Below, piece after piece: positions 57,928 to 64,000 of a stretch of 64,000 nt of DNA. The translations under genes were made by a program, and so were the position numbers. The notes beneath the pieces are model-generated. The model was not told the origin of the DNA, searched no databases, and saw only the letters and a list, made by a program, of their open reading frames with translations. Origin of the DNA: an uncultured Acidobacteriota bacterium (lineage in GTDB: Bacteria; Acidobacteriota; Thermoanaerobaculia; Gp7-AA8); assembly GCA_963822445.1 (NCBI GenBank), contig CAWGHO010000003.1, forward strand, positions 928,001 through 992,000, in the 5' to 3' direction. Every line of letters begins with the position of its first letter. The first letter of the stretch is position 1.

Positions 57928-59850
57928 TTAAACAAAAAACACCATGAACACCACCACGCCGACGACGAACATCAGCGCGTAGTTGCGAACGTTGCCGGTC
58001 TGGAAGAAGCGCATCACGTCGCCGAACATCCGCACGCCGAAGCCGAGCATGGCCGCGAGGCCGTCGATCAATGCGTCGACGCCCTTCCAGAAGAAACGGG
58101 AGAGAGCCGCGAGCGGGCGGACGATGATCGCCGCGTACAGCTCGTCGACGTACCACTTGTTCTCGATCGCCCGCGCCAGGCCCGGCGCTTTCTGTTCGAA
58201 CGCGACGTCGGACGCCAGCTGCTTGTCTTTGTAGAGGCTCCTCGCAACCAGCCAGCCAGCAATCGCCACGATCGTCGAAATCAGCGCGATGATCCCCTCG
58301 GTCTTCGGATCGAGGTGAAGCGCATGCCCGACGCCGGGGATGTCCGGGATCACCGGATGCAGCCATGACGAGAGCGACCAGCCGTGCCAGATGAAGTGCG
58401 GAAGCGAGAGCAGGCCGCCGAAGATCGACAGGCCGGCCAGGATCCACAGGGGGATGGTCATCGTGGCCGGCGACTCGTGCAGGTGATGCTCCTGCTCGTG
58501 CGTGCCGCGGAAATCGCCGTGGAACGTGAGGTACACCAGCCGGTACATGTAGAACGCCGTGCAGAACGCGGCGAGGGTTCCTAGAAGCCAGACGAACTTG
58601 CCGATACCGGGGAAGTAAGGCGTCGACCAGGCCGAGACGAGGATCTCGTCCTTCGAGAAGAAGCCCGCGGCCAGCGGCAGGCCGGCAATCGCGTATGTGG
58701 CGATGGCGAAGGTCAGATACGTCTGTTTGATCTTCGACTTCAGACCGCCCATGTTGCGGATGTCCTGCTCGCCGCTCATCGCGTGAATGACCGAGCCTGA
58801 TCCGAGGAAGAGGCAGGCCTTGAAGAAGGCATGGGTGACGAGATGGAACACGCCCGCGCTGAATGCGCCGACGCCGACGCCGATGAACATGAAGCCGAGC
58901 TGGGAGACGGTGGAGTAGGCGAGGACTTTCTTGATGTCGAACTGGCGGAGGCCGATCGTCGCCGCGAACAGCGCCGTCAATCCGCCGACGATCGCCACGA
59001 CGGCCATCGCCGTCGGAGAGAGGCGATAGAGCACGTTCGAGCGGGCGATCATGTAGACGCCCGCGGTGACCATCGTCGCGGCGTGGATCAGAGCGGAAAC
59101 CGGAGTCGGTCCCGCCATCGCGTCCGGAAGCCAGACGTACAGAGGCAATTGCGCTGACTTGCCGCACGCGCCGAGGAAGAGAAGGAGGCAGATCGCGGTG
59201 ACGATGCCTGTCGCTATGCCACCGCCCGCTGCCACCTGCTGCACCTTCGCGTAGTCGACGCTGCCGATGTACGCGAACATCAGGAACATGGCGATGAGGA
59301 AGCCGAAGTCGCCGATGCGGTTGACGACGAAGGCCTTCTTGCCCGCCGCGGGCGCGTAGTCAGTCTGGTAGTAGAAGCCGATCAGCAGGTACGAGCAGAG
59401 GCCTACGCCTTCCCACCCGACGAACATGAACAGGTAGCTGCTCCCGAGAATCAGGATCAGCATCGCCGCGAGGAAGAGGTTGAGGTAGGCGAAGTAGCGC
59501 CAGTAGCCCTCGTCGTCGTGCATGTAGCCGACGGAGTAGACGTGAATGAGGAAGCCGATCCACGTCACCACCATGAGCATGACGATGGAGAGGGGATCGA
59601 GCTGGAAGGCGATGTCGGTCCCGATGCCGCCCGAATTGAACCACTCGTAGACGACGTTCAGGTGCCGCTCGCCGTGATGGTAACGGCCGTTGTACTCAAA
59701 GACCGCCGCGGTGCCGAGGACCGCCGCCGCCAGCGAGGCCAGGATGGCCACGGCGCTGGCGAAGCCCTTGCCGGCGCGTTTGCCGAATAATCCGTTTGCT
59801 AAGAACCCGAGAAAAGGCAGGATCGGGATTAGCCAAAGTTTGTCGAGCAT
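57928..59850 (-). CDS. nuoL: NADH-quinone oxidoreductase subunit L
   Basis: GWEGVG, NRIGD and GKSAQLPLYVWLPDAMAGPTPVSALIHAATMV. Confidence 0.97.
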   Translation of the reverse strand: MLDKLWLIPILPFLGFLANGLFGKRAGKGFASAVAILASLAAAVLGTAAVFEYNGRYHHGERHLNVVYEWFNSGGIGTDIAFQLDPLSIVMLMVVTWIGFLIHVYSVGYMHDDEGYWRYFAYLNLFLAAMLILILGSSYLFMFVGWEGVGLCSYLLIGFYYQTDYAPAAGKKAFVVNRIGDFGFLIAMFLMFAYIGSVDYAKVQQVAAGGGIATGIVTAICLLLFLGACGKSAQLPLYVWLPDAMAGPTPVSALIHAATMVTAGVYMIARSNVLYRLSPTAMAVVAIVGGLTALFAATIGLRQFDIKKVLAYSTVSQLGFMFIGVGVGAFSAGVFHLVTHAFFKACLFLGSGSVIHAMSGEQDIRNMGGLKSKIKQTYLTFAIATYAIAGLPLAAGFFSKDEILVSAWSTPYFPGIGKFVWLLGTLAAFCTAFYMYRLVYLTFHGDFRGTHEQEHHLHESPATMTIPLWILAGLSIFGGLLSLPHFIWHGWSLSSWLHPVIPDIPGVGHALHLDPKTEGIIALISTIVAIAGWLVARSLYKDKQLASDVAFEQKAPGLARAIENKWYVDELYAAIIVRPLAALSRFFWKGVDALIDGLAAMLGFGVRMFGDVMRFFQTGNVRNYALMFVVGVVVFMVFFV

Positions 59851-59858
59851 GCTTGCGG

Positions 59859-59932
59859 GGTTGTCGGCTTGTCAGGTTGTCAGGTTGCCAGGTGAAAACC
59901 TGACAACCCGATAACCCGACAACCTGACAACC
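59859..59932. repeat. Octamer tandem-repeat hairpin upstream of nuoL
   Basis: (GGTTGTCA)4-like left arm and (TGACAACC)4-like right arm. Confidence 0.88.
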
Positions 59933-59977
59933 AGTCTCCTCACACCGTTTCCGATGCGAGGAGAACCCGCATCGGAA

Positions 59978-60391
59978 CTATCTGTCTTCGTCTCTTACAC
60001 GGTCCCGGTAATCATCCGAAGAGGCCGGATCGAGCTCCCACCGTTTTTTGTCGCGGTCTCGCTCTTTCTCACCGACTTTCAACTCCTCGTTGTCGCTGTA
60101 GGTGACGCCCATCGCCGTGCCGATGTCGTCGACCTGGTTGTTGTCCGGCGTGGTCATGCTGCTGACGGCCGACTCGTCTCCCGAGAACTGCGCGCCTTCC
60201 CACTGGGCATCGACGTCGCCCGCGGTGATCCGTGGATCGGCCAGCGAGTCGTTTTCGAGCCGGTGAGCGAGGCGGGCAGAGCCGGCCGAGACGTCCGGAA
60301 TCGGCGGCTCGATGTCGTCGCTGAGCCCGTTCCGGTTCCGGTCTTCCCGTTCGTTGTCTTCCCAGTCAATGAGCTTTTCCGTCTTGTCCAT
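59978..60391 (-). CDS. Acidic DUF6335-like protein inserted between nuoK and nuoL
   Basis: TAGDVDAQWE…GDE…TPD…VDDIG…G…RWELDPASS; AGGAG RBS. Confidence 0.8.
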   Translation of the reverse strand: MDKTEKLIDWEDNEREDRNRNGLSDDIEPPIPDVSAGSARLAHRLENDSLADPRITAGDVDAQWEGAQFSGDESAVSSMTTPDNNQVDDIGTAMGVTYSDNEELKVGEKERDRDKKRWELDPASSDDYRDRVRDEDR

Positions 60392-60417
60392 GTTCAGTGC
60401 TCCTGGGAGCTGAACAT

Positions 60418-60433
60418 TGCGACGGTTGTGCCG
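60418..60433 (-). promoter_or_regulatory. sigma54-type promoter for the DUF6335-like gene
   Basis: CGGCAC-AACCG-TCGCA (GG-N10-GC), 26 nt upstream of the ATG. Confidence 0.5.
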
Positions 60434-60444
60434 TTTGGCACCCT

Positions 60445-60747
60445 CTACCAGTGCATCAGATTCGCTTCATCCACATCGATGGTGTCGCGGTGGTGGAACA
60501 GGGAAATGAAGATGGCCAGCCCCACGGCAGCCTCAGCCGCGGCGACGGCCATGATGAAAAAGACGAACATCAGTCCATGAAGCTGACCGAGCTGTCGCGC
60601 GTAGGCGAGGAACGTCAGATTCACCGCGTTCACCATCAGCTCGATGGACATGAAGATGGTGATGCCGTTCTTGCGGGTCAGCACGCCCATCACCCCGATG
60701 ACGAAGAGGATGGCGCTGAGAATCAGAAAGTAATGCGTCGGGATCAC
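60445..60747 (-). CDS. nuoK: NADH-quinone oxidoreductase subunit K
   Basis: MSIELMVNA and [12 protein letters not shown]. Confidence 0.96.
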   Translation of the reverse strand: MIPTHYFLILSAILFVIGVMGVLTRKNGITIFMSIELMVNAVNLTFLAYARQLGQLHGLMFVFFIMAVAAAEAAVGLAIFISLFHHRDTIDVDEANLMHW

Positions 60748-61265
60748 TGCTGAACCTCCGCACTCTTCGCCCGGCCCCGTCCGCCGCTGAGGACCAGCGC
60801 GCCGACGATCGCCGCCAGAAGAAGAATCGACACCATCTCGAACGGGAAGACGTACTCCTCGAACATGGCGATGCCGATGGCCCGCGCGTCGGCGCGGAAG
60901 CCCGGCGCCGGAAGCGTGTCGAACACGCCGTACTTGAGCAGGTAGTAGACGAGCCCCAGGCCGAGGAACGCGCAGCTGGTGTAGCCGAGGAACTGCTGGA
61001 CGGGACGGGTGTTCGGCTCGGCGACGTGCTGCAGGTTGAGCAGCATGATCACGAAGAGGAACAGGACCATGATCGCCCCGGCGTAGACGATGACCTGCAG
61101 CGCCGCCAGGAACGGCGCCTCGAGCAGCACGTACATCACCGCCAGGGCGAAGAACGACGCCACGAGCGACAACGCGCCGACCACCGGATTGCGGTGCAGC
61201 ACCACGACCAGCGCGAAGACGACGGCCACCGCGGCGAAGAAAAAGAAGATGACGAATTCAGCCAT
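60744..61265 (-). CDS. nuoJ: NADH-quinone oxidoreductase subunit J
   Basis: [20 protein letters not shown] and [10 protein letters not shown]. Confidence 0.96.
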   Translation of the reverse strand: MAEFVIFFFFAAVAVVFALVVVLHRNPVVGALSLVASFFALAVMYVLLEAPFLAALQVIVYAGAIMVLFLFVIMLLNLQHVAEPNTRPVQQFLGYTSCAFLGLGLVYYLLKYGVFDTLPAPGFRADARAIGIAMFEEYVFPFEMVSILLLAAIVGALVLSGGRGRAKSAEVQQ

Positions 61266-61269
61266 GATT

Positions 61270-61326
61270 AGTAGGCAGTGGGCAGTGGGCAGTGGACCGG
61301 GGGCGTGTGGCGGCCCCCTGCCTACT
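61270..61326. repeat. Heptamer-repeat hairpin between nuoH and nuoJ
   Basis: AGTAGGC(AGTGGGC)2AGTGG…CTGCCTACT. Confidence 0.75.
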
Positions 61327-61331
61327 GATTC

Positions 61332-62432
61332 TCATAACCACCCCGCTGCGATGAACGCAGCTACGAGAACGATATTTACGATGGCCATCGGCAGGAACAA
61401 CTTCCAGCCGATGCGCATGAGGATGTCGTACTTCAGACGGGGAATGGTCCAGCGCACCCAGACGAAGACGAACAGCATGAAGACGACCTTCGCGAGGAAG
61501 AACAGCGCTGTCGCCAGGAACGCCCACCACGTCGCGGGCTCGTTCCAGTACGGGATGTCCCACCCGCCGAAGAACAGCGTGGCGATGAGCGCGGACATCG
61601 TGGCCATGGCCATGTACTCGGCCATGAAGAAGAGCGCGAACTTCATCGACGAATACTCGGTGTGATATCCCGCCACCAGCTCCGCCTCGGCCTCCGCGAA
61701 ATCGAAGGGCAGGCGGTTCGTTTCAGCGAAGGCGGCAACGGTGAAGACGATGAAGCTGAGCCACATCGCCGGCGAGAAAACGTTCCACGCCGGGATCTTG
61801 ATCGTGTCGAAGAGCACGAAGTAACCGGTCTGCTGATGAACGACCTCGGTCAACCGCAGCGAACCGGCCACGAGCAGCGCGCTGACCGCGGCGAGGGTCA
61901 GGGCGAGCTCGTACGAGATCATCTGCGCCGAAGCGCGGATGCCGCCGAACATCGAGTACTTGTTGTTCGAAGACCAGCCGGCGATGACGATGCCGTAGAC
62001 GCCGAGCGACGCCAGCGCGAAGACGATCAGGATGCCGGCGCTGACGTCGGCGATGACCGGCTCGAACCAGCGTCCGCCTTCGACGAACTTCCGTCCGAAC
62101 AACGTGAACTCGGGAATCTCGAAGCCGCGGCCCCAGGGCACGACGGCGATGGTGGTCATCGCCGGGAGCAGTCCGAACGCCGGCGCGAGCGTGTACAGCC
62201 ACTTGTGCGCGCCCGAAGGAATGATGTCTTCCTTCATGATGAATTTGATGGCGTCGGCGAACGACTGCAGGAGGCCCATCGGTCCGACGCGATTCGGGCC
62301 GGGGCGGTCCTGAATGAGCGCGCTGCCGCGCCGCTCGACCCAGACCATGATCGGCGTGACGTTGAGCATCAGGCCGAGGACGATCGCGATCTTGAGTGCG
62401 GAAAGCGCGATGTCGGTCGCGTCGAAGGGCAT
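61332..62432 (-). CDS. nuoH: NADH-quinone oxidoreductase subunit H
   Basis: ERR…QDRPGPNRVG and AETNRLPFDFAEAEAELVAGYHTEYS. Confidence 0.97.
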   Translation of the reverse strand: MPFDATDIALSALKIAIVLGLMLNVTPIMVWVERRGSALIQDRPGPNRVGPMGLLQSFADAIKFIMKEDIIPSGAHKWLYTLAPAFGLLPAMTTIAVVPWGRGFEIPEFTLFGRKFVEGGRWFEPVIADVSAGILIVFALASLGVYGIVIAGWSSNNKYSMFGGIRASAQMISYELALTLAAVSALLVAGSLRLTEVVHQQTGYFVLFDTIKIPAWNVFSPAMWLSFIVFTVAAFAETNRLPFDFAEAEAELVAGYHTEYSSMKFALFFMAEYMAMATMSALIATLFFGGWDIPYWNEPATWWAFLATALFFLAKVVFMLFVFVWVRWTIPRLKYDILMRIGWKLFLPMAIVNIVLVAAFIAAGWL

Positions 62433-63976
62433 TACGCGCTGACCTCGGCGAGTGTGGAGACCGTGCCGCGCAGCTCGGCGAAGACGTCCAGCGCGTCGGC
62501 GGTGAGGAACGCCTCGTCAGCAGGGAAGAGCCGCGCGGCCACGCGGCGGAGCGCTTCCAGATCCGTCTCCGCCTGACCCTTCGGGGCCATGGCCTGATGG
62601 ATCCGCTGCACGCGCCCCTGCAGATTCGTGAACGTGCCTTCCTTCTCCGCATGCGTCGCCGACGGAATGAGCACATCCGCAACCTCGGTCAAAGGATGGT
62701 TCGCATCCCAGGCGTGCACAACTAGGAACTTTGCCTTGCGCAGATTGGCCACGACCGCGGGGTCCTTCGCGCGGTCGGTGAACTCGGCGTCGCAGATGTA
62801 GAGGACGTCGATGCCGTCGGCGCCTTTGGTGAGAAGGTCTTCGATCGACGCGCCGGTGCCCACGACCGCGCTGACGCCACGGAAATTCGGCGCGCCCTGC
62901 TCGCCGATCAGCCACTCCGTCCGCGACTTCATCTTGATCGGACCGATCGGATCGACCATCACCCCGATCTTCGCGCCGGCCTTGTCGGCGAAGAGCTTCT
63001 TCGCCAGCCAGGCCTCTTCGTTGGTCATCTGCGCGGAAAGGATCGCGAAGTTGTTCTTCGCGCCGCTGAAGGCTTTCTCGATCGCCTCGAGGGCTTCATC
63101 CCAGGTCGAGATGCCGAGGTAATCGTCCTCGGTGCGGACCTTGGGGACGACCACGCGGTCCGTTTCATACCGCTCGTACGAAAAGCGGCCGTAGTCGCAC
63201 AGCCAGTGATCGTTGACCTCGGGATTCACGCGCGGGCGGTAGCGGAAAATCTGGCCGCTGCGGTGACCGATGAAGATGTTGCAGCCGACGTCGCATCCGT
63301 TGCAGACCGAGTCGGTGGAGTCGAGGTTCCAGACGCGGGACTCGAAGCGAAACTCCCGCGTGGTCAGCGCGCCGGTCGGGCAGATGTCGGTGACGCAGGC
63401 GCTCATCCAGTTGTCGAGCGGCGTTCCGGGGAACACGCCGACTTCCGTCGAAGCGCCGCGCTTGAAGAAAGCCAGCTCGCTCGTGCCGGTGATCTCCGCG
63501 GTGAAGCGGATGCAGCGCGTGCAGTGGATGCAGCGGTTCATGTTCTGCACGACGTGCGGGCCGATGGCCGTGCGATCCATGCCGGGGTACGTGCGTTTGA
63601 ACTCGCCGTAGCGCGACTCCACCGAGCCGTAATTGAAGGAGTAGTCCTGCAGCGGGCATTCGCCGGCCTTGTCGCAGATCGGGCAGTCGAGCGGATGGTT
63701 GATGAGCAGGAACTCCATCTGCCCCTTGCGGGCCTTGTCGACCTTCTCGTTCCAGACGGCGATCTTCATTCCGTCCTTGACCGGCGTCGCGCAGCCGGCC
63801 TGCAGCTTGGGCATGCCTTCGACTTCGACGAGGCACATCCGGCACTGGCCGACGATGCTCAGGGAGGGGTGGTAGCAGAAGTGCGGGACGTGGACGTCGG
63901 CCGCCTTGGCGGCTTCGATGACGTTGATTCCATCCTGAACTTCGACTTCGGTTCCGTCGATGGTGACTTTGGCCAT
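62432..63976 (-). CDS. nuoG: NADH-quinone oxidoreductase subunit G (short form, 514 aa)
   Basis: FCYHP…CRMCLVE, HPLDCPICDKAGEC, CIHCTRC, CNGCDVGC and EKEGTFTNLQGRVQ. Confidence 0.92.
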   Translation of the reverse strand: MAKVTIDGTEVEVQDGINVIEAAKAADVHVPHFCYHPSLSIVGQCRMCLVEVEGMPKLQAGCATPVKDGMKIAVWNEKVDKARKGQMEFLLINHPLDCPICDKAGECPLQDYSFNYGSVESRYGEFKRTYPGMDRTAIGPHVVQNMNRCIHCTRCIRFTAEITGTSELAFFKRGASTEVGVFPGTPLDNWMSACVTDICPTGALTTREFRFESRVWNLDSTDSVCNGCDVGCNIFIGHRSGQIFRYRPRVNPEVNDHWLCDYGRFSYERYETDRVVVPKVRTEDDYLGISTWDEALEAIEKAFSGAKNNFAILSAQMTNEEAWLAKKLFADKAGAKIGVMVDPIGPIKMKSRTEWLIGEQGAPNFRGVSAVVGTGASIEDLLTKGADGIDVLYICDAEFTDRAKDPAVVANLRKAKFLVVHAWDANHPLTEVADVLIPSATHAEKEGTFTNLQGRVQRIHQAMAPKGQAETDLEALRRVAARLFPADEAFLTADALDVFAELRGTVSTLAEVSA

Positions 63977-64000
63977 AAGTTGCGCGCGACTTGTTGCAGA

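Overview
High-GC bacterial chromosome segment, most consistent with Acidobacteriota, probably Thermoanaerobaculia-like. That assignment is an inference from the acidobacterial-type VWA protein, the sulfatase-like-TPR pair and the characteristic C-terminal repeat modules of the secreted proteins. Housekeeping genes are an M16 peptidase pair, ispH, a polyprenyl synthase, tRNA-Phe, rnc-envC-ctpA-like genes, rex and nuoG-H-J-K-L-M-N without nuoI. Accessory content includes an ECF sigma/anti-sigma/Spy-like operon, a degenerate ABC ATPase, a chemoreceptor fused to a C-terminal family-5 solute-binding domain, a 2252-aa subtilase with FG-GAP propellers, and a 36.5-54.2 kb signalling block around a 3238-aa surface protein. 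The most notable non-coding signal is a c-di-AMP (ydaO/yuaA-type) riboswitch with its own promoter and terminator in front of a TonB-dependent receptor, followed by TPR, Thr-type sulfatase-like and VWA genes. Other non-coding signals are three sigma54-type promoters for small genes, one of them inside the nuo operon, a recurring TANNNT-N6-10-start (near-leaderless) architecture, a family of heptamer/octamer tandem-repeat hairpins (one inside a CDS) and REP-like palindromes. Clustered frameshifts in the TonB receptor, rnc, envC and ctpA look like sequencing indels. No CRISPR array, rRNA, transposase or integrase was seen. All calls are by eye; no database searches were run.
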